A stretch of 64,000 nucleotides of DNA from Thermoleophilia bacterium. GTDB taxonomy: Bacteria; Actinomycetota; Thermoleophilia; Miltoncostaeales; Miltoncostaeaceae. The stretch's first letter is position 1. The number at the start of each line of letters is the position of its first letter. Of the stretch, positions 38,963 to 50,655 are shown one piece after another. A program made the position numbers and the translations under genes. The notes beneath the pieces are model-generated. The model saw only the letters and a program-made list of their open reading frames with translations. It was not told where the DNA came from and made no database searches. Location: NCBI GenBank assembly GCA_046330395.1, contig JAXLSS010000008.1:40618-104617 (forward strand). The letters are read 5' to 3'.

Positions 38963-39941
38963 GCGGCGCTGGGTGCGGGAACCGGCCCTCGACCCGCGGG
39001 CCGCGCGGGCCGACATGGCGGTGCGGGACGTGGCCGAGGCCGAGTGCCCCTTCCGCACCGCCTTCCAGCGTGACCGCGACCGCATCCTGCACACCAAGGC
39101 GTTCCGCCGGCTCAAGCACAAGACCCAGGTGTTCGTGGCGCCGGAGGGCGACCACTACCGCACCCGGCTCACCCACACGCTGGAGGTGTCGGCGCTGGCG
39201 CGCACCGTCGCCCGCGCCCTGGGCCTCAACGAGGACCTGGTGGAGGCCATCGCCATGGGCCACGACCTGGGCCACGCCCCGTTCGGGCACGCCGGCGAGC
39301 ACGCCCTGGACGACCTGCTGCAAGAGCGCTTCGGGCGCCGCTTCCACCACAACGAGCAGAGCGTGCGCGTGGTGGAGGTGCTGGAACGCGACGGCCGCGG
39401 GCTCAACCTGACGCGCGAGGTGCGCGACGGCATCCGGCACCACACCGGCCCCTCCCGCCCCGCCACCCTGGAGGGGCAGATCGTGCGCCTGGTGGACCGC
39501 ATCGCCTACGTCAACCACGACATCGAGGACGCCGTGCTGGCCGGCGTGCTGCACCCCGGCGACCTGCCGCAGGAGGAGGTGCGCATCCTGGGCACCACCA
39601 CCTCGCAGCGCCTCACCCGGCTGGTGGGCGACATCGTGGAGCACTCGGCCGAGGCCCCCGAGATCACCCAGTCCGACGAGGTGGGCGGGGCGTTCCTGCG
39701 GCTCCGCGCGTTCATGTTCCGGGAGGTGTACCTGGCCTCACCGGCCAACGACGAGTCCACCCGCGGGCGGGGCGTGGTGCAGGCGCTGTTCGACTGGTAC
39801 CACCAGCACCCGGAGGAGCTGCCGGAGGCCCCGGAGGCCGATCACGTGCGGCGGGTCACCGACTACGTGGCCGGCATGACCGACCGCTTCGCCCTGCGCG
39901 CCTACCGGCGCATCTTCATGCCGCGCGAGGGACCGCTGTAA
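38949..39941 (+). CDS. dgt: dGTPase-like HD-domain triphosphohydrolase
   Basis: RTAFQRDRDRILHTKAFRRLKHKTQVF, YRTRLTHTLEVS, HDLGHAPFGHAGE, VDRIAYVNHDIEDA and MTDRFA blocks. Start ambiguous (TTG 38949, GTG 38973 or ATG 39015). Confidence 0.88.
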   Translation: MNPPERRWVREPALDPRAARADMAVRDVAEAECPFRTAFQRDRDRILHTKAFRRLKHKTQVFVAPEGDHYRTRLTHTLEVSALARTVARALGLNEDLVEAIAMGHDLGHAPFGHAGEHALDDLLQERFGRRFHHNEQSVRVVEVLERDGRGLNLTREVRDGIRHHTGPSRPATLEGQIVRLVDRIAYVNHDIEDAVLAGVLHPGDLPQEEVRILGTTTSQRLTRLVGDIVEHSAEAPEITQSDEVGGAFLRLRAFMFREVYLASPANDESTRGRGVVQALFDWYHQHPEELPEAPEADHVRRVTDYVAGMTDRFALRAYRRIFMPREGPL

Positions 39942-39945
39942 CCCG

Positions 39946-41670
39946 ATGCCCCTGATCAGCCAGGACAGCGTGCGCGAGATCATCGAGTCGGCCGACCTGG
40001 TGGAGCTGGTGCGGGGCCGGGTCAACCTGGTGCGCCGGGGCAACCGGTGGGTGGGCCGGTGCCCGTTCCACGAGGAGCGCACCCCGTCATTCGGGCTGAT
40101 CCCGCCCGACAACCGGCGCTACTACTGCCACGGCTGCGGTGCCAGCGGCGATGCGGTGCGATGGATGACCGAGCAGGAGGGCGCCGGGTCGTTCCCGGAG
40201 GCTCTGGAGGCGCTGGCCGAGCGCTTCGGGGTGGGGGTCCGCTATGAGCAATCCTCGCCCCAGGAGGAGGCGCAGCGGCGCGCCGACCAGCGCCGGCTGG
40301 AGCTGCTGGAACGCGCGGCGTCGTTCTACGCCGAGTACCTGTGGCGGGCCGACGAGGCCGCCCCCGCCCGGGAGTACATGGCGTCCCGCGGGTTCCCCGA
40401 GGACGTGCTGCGCACGTTCCGGGTGGGGTACGCCCCCGCGGCGGGCACGGTGCTGTCCGGGCGGGCGATCAAGCAGGGTTTCTCCCGCGAGCAGCTGGCC
40501 GAGGCCGGGCTGGCCCGGCTGCGAGGAGGGCGGGCCCAGGACTTCTTCACCGCCCGCATCATGTTCCCCATCGCCGACGCCCGTGGGCGGGTGCTGGGGT
40601 TCGGGGGCCGCACCCTCAACCCCAACGAGCGCGCCAAGTACGTCAACTCCCCCGAGGGCCCGCGCTTCAGCAAGCGCCGCCTGCTGTTCGGGCTCTCCCA
40701 GGCGCGCGCCGCGGCGGCCAAGGAGGGTTGGATCATGGTGGTGGAGGGGTACACGGATGTGATGGCGCTCCACATGGCCGGAATCCCCCAGGCGGTGGCG
40801 TGCATGGGCACGTCGCTCACCTCCGAGCAGATCAGCGAGCTGCGCCGCGCCGCGCCGCACATCCGCCTGTGCTTCGACGCGGACGCCGCGGGGGAGCGGG
40901 CCGCCCTGCGCACCGCCCAGGCGGCCGGCGAGCACCTCATGGACCTCCAGGCGATCTCGATCCCGGACGGCCGCGACCCCGGCGACATGGCGATTTCGGC
41001 GGAAACGCGCGAAGAATTGCACGTTCGCGCGAACGAGTTCGATACTTTGGTAACGTTCCTCATCCGCTCACGCGCCGGTCGCGCGGGCGGCTCCGCAGCC
41101 GAACGGGAGCGCGCGCTGCAGGAGGTCGCCGACCTCCTCAAAGCGGTCCCCGACTCGGTCGAGAAGGATGAGGGGGTTCGGTTGACGGCGGGTCTGCTGC
41201 AGCTCTCGCGGGGCATGGAGGATCGTCTGCGCGAAGCCTCGCGGCGCGGCTCGGGCGGTGCCCCCACCACGCCCGTCACGCTGCCCGGCCTCGGCGCCGA
41301 ACGGGCGCGCGAGATGCGCCTGCTGGCGCTGGCCGTCGCCCTCCCGGACCACATCGCCACGCACCTGGGCGACTTCCCGGAGGACGCCCTCTCGGAGCCC
41401 CTCCACCGCGAGGCCCTGCGGTTGCTGCGCTCCGGCGCCGCACCCGACCTGTGGCCCACGCACCTGCAGGACCTGGGCGCGCGCCTGCGCGCCGATGCCG
41501 CCACCACGGCGGCCACCGAAGCCGAGCTGCGCGAGGCCGCCTACCGCGTGCAGTTGCCGGGCCTGGAACGCCGGGCCGCGACACTGCGCGAGGCCGGCGA
41601 TGCCGAGGGCGAACTGCGTGTCCAGCAACTGATCAACCGACTGCGCGCTGCGCTGCGAGTGGAGGGGTGA
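39946..41670 (+). CDS. dnaG: DNA primase
   Basis: Zinc-binding [11 protein letters not shown]...[11 protein letters not shown], and a TOPRIM region [15 protein letters not shown]...CFDADAAG. Confidence 0.93.
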   Translation: MPLISQDSVREIIESADLVELVRGRVNLVRRGNRWVGRCPFHEERTPSFGLIPPDNRRYYCHGCGASGDAVRWMTEQEGAGSFPEALEALAERFGVGVRYEQSSPQEEAQRRADQRRLELLERAASFYAEYLWRADEAAPAREYMASRGFPEDVLRTFRVGYAPAAGTVLSGRAIKQGFSREQLAEAGLARLRGGRAQDFFTARIMFPIADARGRVLGFGGRTLNPNERAKYVNSPEGPRFSKRRLLFGLSQARAAAAKEGWIMVVEGYTDVMALHMAGIPQAVACMGTSLTSEQISELRRAAPHIRLCFDADAAGERAALRTAQAAGEHLMDLQAISIPDGRDPGDMAISAETREELHVRANEFDTLVTFLIRSRAGRAGGSAAERERALQEVADLLKAVPDSVEKDEGVRLTAGLLQLSRGMEDRLREASRRGSGGAPTTPVTLPGLGAERAREMRLLALAVALPDHIATHLGDFPEDALSEPLHREALRLLRSGAAPDLWPTHLQDLGARLRADAATTAATEAELREAAYRVQLPGLERRAATLREAGDAEGELRVQQLINRLRAALRVEG

Positions 41671-41675
41671 CGGCG

Positions 41676-42746
<1,071 letters not shown>

Positions 42747-42756
42747 GCGCGCCGCG

Positions 42757-42777
42757 GGTGCGCTGTTGCGGCGCACC
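42757..42777 (+). terminator. short stem-loop after sigA
   Basis: GGTGCGC (42757-42763) pairs with GCGCACC (42771-42777) around a 7-nt loop, starting 11 nt after the stop. No U tract. Confidence 0.3.
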
Positions 42778-42801
42778 GGGACGGCTGCCACATTTCCCCG
42801 C

Positions 42802-44058
42802 ATGCTGGATGCGCCGGGCGCCGCGCTGCGGCTGTCGGTGGCGGACCCCACCGACCATCCCGATTTCCTGGACCTGCCGCTGCACCGCCCGCTGGACTCG
42901 TGGGTCACGCCGCGCCTGGTCCCCATCCCCGACGGCCTGCACCGCCACGTGGTGCGCTTCGTGGACTACGAGGGGGCGGTCTACGCCCTGAAGGAGCTGC
43001 CCCGCCGGCTGGCCCGCCGCGAGTACCGGCTGCTGCGCCACCTCCGGGAGCGGGGCCTCCCGTGCGTCACCGCCGTGGGGCTGGTGGACCGCGGTGCCGA
43101 CGCCCAGGCCATCATCATCACCCGGTACCTGGACTACTCGCTGCCATACCGCGTGTTGCTCACCCACGAGCGCATGCCCCACCTGCAGGACCGGGTGCTG
43201 GACGCGCTGGCCGGCCTGCTGGTGCGGTTGCACCTCACCGGCTTCTTCTGGGGCGACTGCTCGTTGGCGAACACCCTGTTCCGGCGCGACGCGGGGGCGC
43301 TGGTGGCGTACGTGGTGGACACCGAGACCGGTGAGCTGCACGCGGAGCTGTCCCGGGGCCAGCGGGAGCTGGACCTGCAGATCGCCCACGAGAACATCGC
43401 CGGCGGCCTGGCCGACCTGGCCGCGGGCGGGCTGCTGCCCGAGGGGCTCGACCCGTTCGCCCTGGCGGCGCAGATCCGCGAGCGCTACACGGGTCTGTGG
43501 GATGAGGTCACCGCCGAGCAGGTGTTCCCGGCGGGTGACGGGCACCGCATCCACGAGCGGTTGCACCGGCTCAACCAGCTGGGGTTCGACCTGGAGGAGA
43601 TGGAGATCACCCGCAGCGGCGACGGCGAGACCGTGCGGTTCACGCCGCGCGTGGTGGAGGTGGGCTTCCACGGACCGCGGTTGCGCGAGCTGACGGGGCT
43701 GGTGGCCCAGGAGAACCAGGCGCGCCGGCTGCTCAACGACATCGCGGTGCACCGCGGGCGGCTGGAGCAGCAGGGCAGGGTGCCGGTGCCCGAGACGGTC
43801 GCCGCGGCGCGGTGGCTTGACGCCGTGTTCCGCCCCACCGTGGAGCGCATCCCGCACGACCTGCGGGGCCGGCTGGAACCCGTGGAGGTGTACCACGAGA
43901 TCCTGGAGCACCGCTGGTTCCGCTCGGAGCGTCACGGGCACGACGTGGGCATGCGGGAGGCCACCCGGTCGTACCTGCAGACGGTGCTGCGCGACGCTCC
44001 CGAGGAGCGCGGCGTGATCACCGTGGAGGAGGTCCCCGACGACCCCGCTGAGGACTAG
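42802..44058 (+). CDS. DUF4032 domain protein with kinase-like (LPS-kinase/RIO-like) N-terminal half
   Basis: ATG 42802. HRHVVRFVDYEGAVYALKELP, AIIITRYLDYSLPY and LHLTGFFWGDCSLANTLF...YVVDTETGE resemble a protein-kinase-like fold. The C-terminal YHEILEHRWFRSE block is typical of DUF4032. Confidence 0.72.
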   Translation: MLDAPGAALRLSVADPTDHPDFLDLPLHRPLDSWVTPRLVPIPDGLHRHVVRFVDYEGAVYALKELPRRLARREYRLLRHLRERGLPCVTAVGLVDRGADAQAIIITRYLDYSLPYRVLLTHERMPHLQDRVLDALAGLLVRLHLTGFFWGDCSLANTLFRRDAGALVAYVVDTETGELHAELSRGQRELDLQIAHENIAGGLADLAAGGLLPEGLDPFALAAQIRERYTGLWDEVTAEQVFPAGDGHRIHERLHRLNQLGFDLEEMEITRSGDGETVRFTPRVVEVGFHGPRLRELTGLVAQENQARRLLNDIAVHRGRLEQQGRVPVPETVAAARWLDAVFRPTVERIPHDLRGRLEPVEVYHEILEHRWFRSERHGHDVGMREATRSYLQTVLRDAPEERGVITVEEVPDDPAED

Positions 44059-44525
44059 TCGCGCGGCTGCAACACGGCCGCGGCACGTGCGCGGCGGCGC
44101 TGGTCGCCGGCCTGCACGGCGCACTCGGCGCTGAGCACCGGCCCGGTCAGCTCAGGGGGGCGGCGCGCCTCCGGCCCCACCCACGCGAGGCGGGGTGCGG
44201 GGCCCAGCATGGCCGCGCGCTGCGCCCACACCAGCAGCCTCGCCAGGGCCAGGGCCCCGGTGCTGACGCCGGCGGGCATGCCGCGGCTGCGCACGTAGCT
44301 GCCGTGGGCGGCCAGGCATGCCGCCGTGGTGACGGCATCCGCCTCGCCGTCGCGGTCCATCGCCAGCGACACGACGGTGGCCTCACCCGCGTCCGCCGTC
44401 ACGGCCGGCCGCAGCCGGGAGAGCTGCGCCGCCACCGCCTGCCCGATGGCCTCGGCGCCGGCGCGCAGCTCGGGGTCCAGCCCGGCGATGGCCGTCGCCA
44501 CGTCCTGCGACGCGCGCAGCGCCAC
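44055..44525 (-). CDS. hypothetical protein
   Basis: 156-aa Ala-rich ORF filling the gap. 4-nt convergent overlap with DUF4032. No motif. Confidence 0.35.
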   Translation of the reverse strand: MALRASQDVATAIAGLDPELRAGAEAIGQAVAAQLSRLRPAVTADAGEATVVSLAMDRDGEADAVTTAACLAAHGSYVRSRGMPAGVSTGALALARLLVWAQRAAMLGPAPRLAWVGPEARRPPELTGPVLSAECAVQAGDQRRRARAAAVLQPRD

Positions 44526-44544
44526 CGCCGACTCCCGCGTTCGC

Positions 44545-44694
44545 TCAGCCGGCGTTGGCCGCCGGCTGGTCGGCCCCGGCGTCGTCGACGGGGGCCTCGG
44601 TGAACACGAACTCCTCCGGCTCGCCGGCGAGGCGGTCCTTCAACAGCCAGAACACCACGCCACCGAGCGCGAACAGCACCAGAAGCTTCTTCAT
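44545..44694 (-). CDS. small membrane protein (49 aa)
   Basis: ATG 44694 preceded by GGGTGGA. MKKLLVLFALGGVVFWLLKDRLAGEPEEFVFTEAPVDDAGADQPAANAG: one TM helix plus an acidic tail. Below the ORF-track length cutoff. Confidence 0.45.
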   Translation of the reverse strand: MKKLLVLFALGGVVFWLLKDRLAGEPEEFVFTEAPVDDAGADQPAANAG

Positions 44695-44783
44695 TCCACC
44701 CAACCGCCCTTCACTCGCTCATCCGGTGAACCCAACCGTACCCTATGACCCGGTCCGCACCGCGCCCGCGGGGGTGGTGGGGG

Positions 44784-45782
44784 TCACATCTCCATCAGCC
44801 CGTCGGCCTGCACCGACAGCACCACCTTGCCCACGCTGGCGTCGGCCTCCACGCAGCGGTGGGCGTCGGCCACCCGCACCAGCGGCATCAGGTCGTGCAC
44901 CTGTGGCCGCAGGCGCCCGTCGGCCAGCCGGGGCAGACCCCACGCCGCGAAGTGGGCCACCAGCTCGGTCTTCTGCGCCTCGGGCCGGGCGCGGAGGGTC
45001 GAGGCGATCAGGCTGGTCCTGCGGGCGAACAGCAGACCCATGTCCAGATCCACACGGCGTCCGCCCACCATGCCGATCAACGCGACCCGGCCGTCCATCG
45101 CCATGCACGCCAGGGTCTGCGGCAGGTAGGTGGCTCCCACCAGATCCACCACCACATCCACGCCGGCGCCGCCGGTGAGGGTCATGACCGCCTCCGCGAA
45201 GCCGTCCGGACCGGGCACCACCACGTGGTCGGCCAGGTCGGCGATGCGCTCGGCCTTCTCGTGCGACCGGGTGGTGGCGATGGTGCGAGCGCCCAACCCC
45301 CGTGCGATCTGCAGCGCGGCGGTGCCGACCCCCGACGCGGCGGCGTGCACCAGCACCCACCCGCCGGCGGGTGGCGGGGTCTGACGCCCCAGCGCCTGCC
45401 ACGCGGTGAGGAACACCTCGGGCACCGCGGCCGCCAGGATGTCGTTCATGTTCGCGGGGATCGCCATCAGCTGCCCGGCCGGCACCGCCACCCGCTCCGC
45501 GTAACCGCCGCCCACCAGCAGCGCCATGGCCCGGTCACCGGGCGCCCAGCCCTGCACGCCGGGTCCCACCGACTCCACCACCCCCGCGGCCTCCAGCCCC
45601 AGCACGTCCGTGGCGCCGGCCGGGGGCGGGTAGTGGCCCTGCCGCTGCATCACATCGGCGCGGTTGACGGCCGTGGCCCGCACGCGCAGCACCACCTCGC
45701 CGGGTCGCGCCACCGGGTCGGGACGGTCCACCAGGCGCAAAACCTCCGGTCCGCCGGCGCCGTCCGCGATCACCGCCTTCAT
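44784..45782 (-). CDS. qor: NADPH:quinone oxidoreductase (zeta-crystallin/PIG3-type MDR)
   Basis: MKAVIADGAGGPEVL, VNRADVMQRQGHYPPP, GGGYAE, and LVHAAASGVGTAALQIAR (AxxGxxG). Confidence 0.88.
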   Translation of the reverse strand: MKAVIADGAGGPEVLRLVDRPDPVARPGEVVLRVRATAVNRADVMQRQGHYPPPAGATDVLGLEAAGVVESVGPGVQGWAPGDRAMALLVGGGYAERVAVPAGQLMAIPANMNDILAAAVPEVFLTAWQALGRQTPPPAGGWVLVHAAASGVGTAALQIARGLGARTIATTRSHEKAERIADLADHVVVPGPDGFAEAVMTLTGGAGVDVVVDLVGATYLPQTLACMAMDGRVALIGMVGGRRVDLDMGLLFARRTSLIASTLRARPEAQKTELVAHFAAWGLPRLADGRLRPQVHDLMPLVRVADAHRCVEADASVGKVVLSVQADGLMEM

Positions 45783-46252
45783 GCTGATCCTCCTGAGAAA
45801 TGCGCAACAGTCAGCCGATGTCGCTCGGTAAACATTCGGTTCAGCATTGCGCGGACGAACAGGCGGTCGGCCAGCCGGCCGAGGGGGCCGAGGGGCAGCC
45901 GGTACTCCACGTGGTCGGTCATGCGCGTGGTGTGGGCGTCCAGGGCCTCGAACCGGTGCTCATGGCGCCACGCCGCGAAGGGCGACCGCTGGGCCACATC
46001 GGTCACCAGACGGTCCTGCTGCACCTCGGCGATCCGGACCAACCACGTCTGGGCAACCGGGATCGGGGGCTGCCGCACCCGCAGCCGCACGATGCACCCG
46101 GGCTGCACCGGGAAGTCGCCGGACACCTCCAGGAAGCGTGCGCCGGGGGGTGAGATCAGCGGGGCGTTGCGCGTGTCCAGATGGAACCGGAACACCACGT
46201 CGGCGGGGGCGGGGACGTCCACGGACCGTTGCAGCACGGAGGGTTGTGACAT
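45779..46252 (-). CDS. SRPBCC (START/polyketide-cyclase-like) family protein
   Basis: ATG 46252, 157 aa. SVDVPAPADVVFRFHLDTRN...FAAWRHEHRFEALD...T are typical SRPBCC blocks. ATGA overlap with qor. Confidence 0.72.
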   Translation of the reverse strand: MSQPSVLQRSVDVPAPADVVFRFHLDTRNAPLISPPGARFLEVSGDFPVQPGCIVRLRVRQPPIPVAQTWLVRIAEVQQDRLVTDVAQRSPFAAWRHEHRFEALDAHTTRMTDHVEYRLPLGPLGRLADRLFVRAMLNRMFTERHRLTVAHFSGGSA

Positions 46253-46337
46253 CGCGTGAGGGTACCCACCGCGCGGGGTCGGCGGCCACCCGGTGCGGGT
46301 ATTGTCCCCCGGTCCCACGTGTGAGGAGCAGTCCCGT

Positions 46338-48621
46338 ATGAGCGACCACGTCTCGGAATCCCAGCTGGCGGAGGAACGCCGCATCGCCCACAGCGGGCTG
46401 CTGGCCCGCATGACCGGGCACTTCGCGGCCCACCCGTGGCGGGTGATCGCGACCTGGGTGGTCATCCTGGGGGCCCTCATCGGGCTGAACGCCGCGTTCG
46501 CCGGGTCCCTGGCCAACAACTTCTCCGTGCCCGGCACGGACTTCCAGAAGGCCACCGACCTCATCAAGGCGCGCTTCGGCGGGCAGAGCGGGGCCGCGCT
46601 GCGCGTGGTGCTGGCGGCGCCGCCGGGGGAGACGCTCACCACCCCCGCGCGGATCGCGGCCGGCAAGGAGATGCTCGCCACCGCCACCAAGGCGCAGATG
46701 GCGATGAACGCCAGCCCGAAGGACCTGGTGCCGATCACCCCGCCGGTGGGGCCGCAGAGCCACACCATCTCCAAGGACGGGCGCATCGCGTTCTTCGACG
46801 TGCAGTTCGACCGCACCGGCTTCCAGCTGCATCGCGCCGACGTGGTGGCGCTGGAGAAGTCGATCCGCGACCAGGCCGGCAAGGTGGGGGTGCAGGCCGA
46901 GTTCACGGGTGAGGCCGAGCAGCCGCCGCCCAGCTCCGGCAGCAGCGAGCTCATCGGGCTGGCGGCCGCCTTCGTGATCATGCTGGTGCTGTTCCGGGCA
47001 CTGGTGCCCACCTTCCTGCCGCTGCTGTTCGCGGTGGTGGCGGTGGCGGGGGCGTTCCTGCTGCTCTTCCTCGCCGCGCGGATCACCGACTTCAACACGG
47101 TGACCGAGATCCTGGTGCCCATGATCGGGCTGGGCGTGGGCATCGACTACACCCTGTTCATCGTGACCCGGGTTCCGGCAGCCCCGGCACGCCGGGCACA
47201 GCCCGCGTGAGGCCGCGGCCGCCGCGGGCGCCACCGCGGGGCGTGCCGTGATCTTCGCCGGCCTCACGGTGGCCATCTCCATCACGGGCCTGGCGCTGAT
47301 CGGCATCGACTTCATCACCAAGCTGGGCATCGGCAGCGCCCTGGGTGTGGTGACCGCCGTCGCACTGGCGACCACCCTCCTGCCGGCAGTGCTCGCCCTG
47401 ATCGGCCACCGCATCGACCGCGGCCGGCTGGGGATGCCCACCCTGGACGAGTCGAAGGCCGGGCAGACGACAACGCCGGTGGCGCGGTGGGGACGGCTGG
47501 TCAGTGGTCGCGCGGGCCTCGTGCTGCCGGTCATGATCGTGCTCCTGCTGGTGCTGGCCGGGCCGGTCACCCAGTCCCGCCTGGGCCTGGCGGACGCCGG
47601 CACCGCGCCGAAGGGGCAGACCATTCGCAAGGCCTACGACCTGCTGTCCACCGGGTTCGGGCCGGGCTTCACGTCCCCGATCCCCGTGGTGATCGACCTG
47701 GCGGGTGACCACGCGGCGGGGACCAAGATCGAGACGGCGCTGAAGGCGACGCCGGGCGTGGACGACGTGGTGGCACCCATCTACAACGCCAAGACCGCGG
47801 CCAAGGCCGACGTGGCCATCGTCAACGCGTACTCCAAGTACTCCCCGCAGGACTCCAAGACCGATGACATCGTCAGCGCGCTGCGCAAGCGCGTCATCCC
47901 GGCGGCGCTGTCGGGTTCGCAGGCCAAGGCATACGTGTCGGGCCAGAACGCGGCGTTCACGGACATCGGCGACAAAATCCTGAAGGGGATGCCGGCGTTC
48001 CTGATCTACGTCATCGGCATCACCTTCGTGGTGCTGGCCATGGCCTTCCGCAGCCTGGTGGTGGCCCTCAAGGCCGCCCTCACCACGCTGCTGTCGGCGC
48101 TGGTGGGCTTCGGGGTGCTGACCTTCGTGGTGCAGCAGGGCCACGCACTGAGCCTCCTGGGGCTGGATCACACCGGTCCGATCGAGAGCTTCCTGCCGCC
48201 CATCGCGTTCGCGATCCTATTCGGGCTCTCGATGGACTACGAGGTGTTCCTGATGAGCCGCATCCGTGAGGAGCACGTGCACGGGTCGGACACGGTCACG
48301 GCCGTCAGGGACGGCGTGGCCGGTGTGGGCCGGGTCATCGTGGCCGCGGCCCTCATCATGAGCGTCGTGTTCTTCGCGTTCCTGCTCAACCCCGACCGGG
48401 TGCCGAAGGAGTTCGGCCTGATGCTGGGCGTGGCCATCCTCACCGACGCCCTGCTGGTGCGCCTCACGCTGGTGCCGGCACTGCTCAGCCTGCTGGGGGA
48501 GCGCTCGTGGGCCATGCCGGCGTGGCTGGACCGCATCCTGCCCAAGCTCACGATCGAGCCGCCCACCGCGCAACCGGAGCACGGCCGCGTGCCGTCCCGG
48601 CCCGCCCCGAACGAGGTCTGA
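46338..48621 (+). CDS. MMPL family transporter, single frameshift near 47170
   Basis: Two 6-TM bundles. GIDYTLFIVTR then an extra G in cccggg; the alternate frame gives FRQPRHAGHSPREAAAAAGATAGRAVIFAGLTV. Second-half blocks GLSMDYEVFLMSRIRE. Joins ORFs 46293..47210 and 47248..48621. Confidence 0.85.
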
Positions 48622-48633
48622 GCCGCGTTCCCA

Positions 48634-48661
48634 GGGGGCCGTGGCGCGCGCCACGGCCCCC
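48634..48661. terminator. perfect 28-nt GC palindrome between convergent genes (bidirectional terminator candidate)
   Basis: GGGGGCCGTGGCGC/GCGCCACGGCCCCC. Lies between the MMPL stop (48621) and the HAD stop (48668). Confidence 0.5.
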
Positions 48662-48667
48662 CGGAAC

Positions 48668-49726
48668 TCACGCCGGTGCGCCGCCCCGGATGGGGCGTGG
48701 CCTGCCGTGCGGGCTGGTGGTGAGCAGCTCGGCAAGGTCGTTCACCACGCGGTCGGCGCCGCCGTCGTACAGCCCCTCGGTGTGGCCGTCGCGGTCCACC
48801 GCCACCACCGCCCCGAAGCCCGCCTCCCGCGCGGCGCGCACGCCCTGCGGGGTGGTCTCGAAGGCGGCGGCCCGCTCCACGGGGACGCCCAGCCGGGTGC
48901 ACGCCACCAGCAGGGTGTCGGGGGCCGGTTTCGCCCGCAGATCCAGCCCGCTGATGGTGTCGGCGTCGACCCGCTGGGCGATGAGGTGGGCCAGCCCCGC
49001 CTGCACCAGGATGGCCTCGGTGGAGGCGCTGGCCGACACCACGGCCCGCTGCACGCCGAACATGCGGGCCGCCTCCAGATAGGTGCGTGACCCGGCGAAG
49101 GCCCGCACGCCCTCGGCATGCAGGCGCTGGACCAGCAGGTCGTGCTTGCGCCGTGCCAGACCGTGCACGGTCTCGGCGGTGGCCGGGTCCCCGGGCTCAC
49201 CCTCGGGCAGCTGGATGCCGCGGCTGGCCAGGAACGCCCGCACGCCCTGCAGGCGTGGTCTGCCGGCCAGCAGCCGTTCGTACTCGTGATGCCGGTCGAA
49301 CGGGATCAGCTCGTGGCGGGCGCCCCCCACGTGTTCCACGAGGAAGCTGTCGAACGTGTCCTCCCACGCCGCCGCGTGTGCGTCCGCACTGGTGGTGAGG
49401 ACCCCGTCCAGATCGAACACGCAGGCCTGGATGTCGTCGGGCAGCCCCAGCACGGCCCGTGCCGGGATGGGGCCGCCCAGCCAGTCGATCAGCGCGCTGT
49501 GCCGCCGCAGGTCCCGTGCGAAGCCCTGCAGCAGCCGGGCGGCCTCGCGGTGCTGCTCGGCCAGCACCTGCCCGTGGCGCTGCGCTTCGGTGGACCCCAG
49601 CAGCGGCGCGGCGTACCGCAGGCCCCGCTCCGCGGCCGCATAGGCCAGCCACCAGTCGGCCGCCAGGCCGTCCAGGTCCAGTGAATGCTCCGGGGGCCCG
49701 GCCAGGTGACGCGACAGGGTGGTCAT
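48668..49726 (-). CDS. HAD-superfamily hydrolase (beta-phosphoglucomutase-like) with a roughly 95-aa N-terminal extension
   Basis: ATG 49726. CVFDLDGVLT (motif I DxDG), SASAS (motif II region), and a cap-domain helical insert. The rest of the 803-aa ORF 48668..51079 is out-of-frame read-through. Confidence 0.8.
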   Translation of the reverse strand: MTTLSRHLAGPPEHSLDLDGLAADWWLAYAAAERGLRYAAPLLGSTEAQRHGQVLAEQHREAARLLQGFARDLRRHSALIDWLGGPIPARAVLGLPDDIQACVFDLDGVLTTSADAHAAAWEDTFDSFLVEHVGGARHELIPFDRHHEYERLLAGRPRLQGVRAFLASRGIQLPEGEPGDPATAETVHGLARRKHDLLVQRLHAEGVRAFAGSRTYLEAARMFGVQRAVVSASASTEAILVQAGLAHLIAQRVDADTISGLDLRAKPAPDTLLVACTRLGVPVERAAAFETTPQGVRAAREAGFGAVVAVDRDGHTEGLYDGGADRVVNDLAELLTTSPHGRPRPIRGGAPA

Positions 49727-49892
49727 GCGGACACCACGGCCATCGTAGGACACCCCTGCCGGCGCTCGCCGGGGCGTCGGCCCGAGAACGCCTCGGGGGA
49801 TCGTGTGAGCGGCAATCGGTGACGGCTCGGATGCCCGCGCCGGGCGGACGACGGAGGTTGGGTACGGAGGGACGCTCAGAGGGAGGGTCATC

Positions 49893-50237
49893 ATGGGTGA
49901 GACCGTCACACGCACCGGTGCGGACGTGGCGTCCGTGCCCGTGCATGCGGATGCGCACCGCCAGGCGGCCATCGCCCGGCTGCGCCGCCGTCGCAAGTTC
50001 ATCCGCGACCTGGTCGGGTACATCGCCGTGAACGGCGTGCTCTGGCTGATCTGGGTCTTGAGCGACCGCACGGCGGACGGCGGGATGCCGTGGCCGGCGT
50101 GGGTGTCGGTGGTGTGGGGGTTCCTGCTCGCACTCGACGCCTGGCAGGCCTGGCGGCCGCTGGCTGCCCGGCCGGACGAGCCCATCACCGAAGAGGAGAT
50201 CCTGCGGGAGATGGGCGGCCCGCACGTCACGCGGTAA
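49893..50237 (+). CDS. 2TM-domain membrane protein
   Basis: RRRRKFIRDLVGYIAVNGVLWLIWVL...WPAWVSVVWGFLLALDAW: a basic stretch followed by two TM helices, typical of the 2TM domain. Confidence 0.7.
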   Translation: MGETVTRTGADVASVPVHADAHRQAAIARLRRRRKFIRDLVGYIAVNGVLWLIWVLSDRTADGGMPWPAWVSVVWGFLLALDAWQAWRPLAARPDEPITEEEILREMGGPHVTR

Positions 50238-50286
50238 GCGGCACTGGCGCCGTGGTCCCGCACCGCTGGGCCCCACGGCGGGGGCG

Positions 50287-50655
50287 TCACCGGACCGCCG
50301 GCGGCCGCCGCTTCGCGGCGAACGTCTGAATGGCGATGCTCTGGGCGCAGCAGGAACGTGTCGGTTGCCAGGACCACGTCGAAGCGACCCGCAGCGCGCG
50401 GTCCACACGATACGCCGTGTCCTTCTCCACGCGCAGGATCTCGAGGCTGAACTCGTAGGTCCCCGGGCGGAAGCCCTCCGACAGCAACTCCGCGAAGAAC
50501 TCGCGGATCTCCTCGGGGCCGCGGAACACGGCGTCCTGGGTGATCAGCACCGACTCGTGTAGTCGGCCACCAGGGCGTCCAGGGTCGCCCCGGGAGGACC
50601 GCGCGCTCAGGTGCCGGTCGATGACGCTGCGGGTCGTCACTCCGGGGACGGTCAT
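50287..50655 (-). pseudogene. NTF2/SnoaL-like protein, several frameshifts
   Basis: Alternate frame restores GDLDALVADYT before SVLITQDAVFRGPEEIREFF...YEFSLEILRVEKDTAY. Continuation IVWTA / FDVVLATDTFLLR / IAIQTFAAK is scattered over three frames. Confidence 0.55.
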
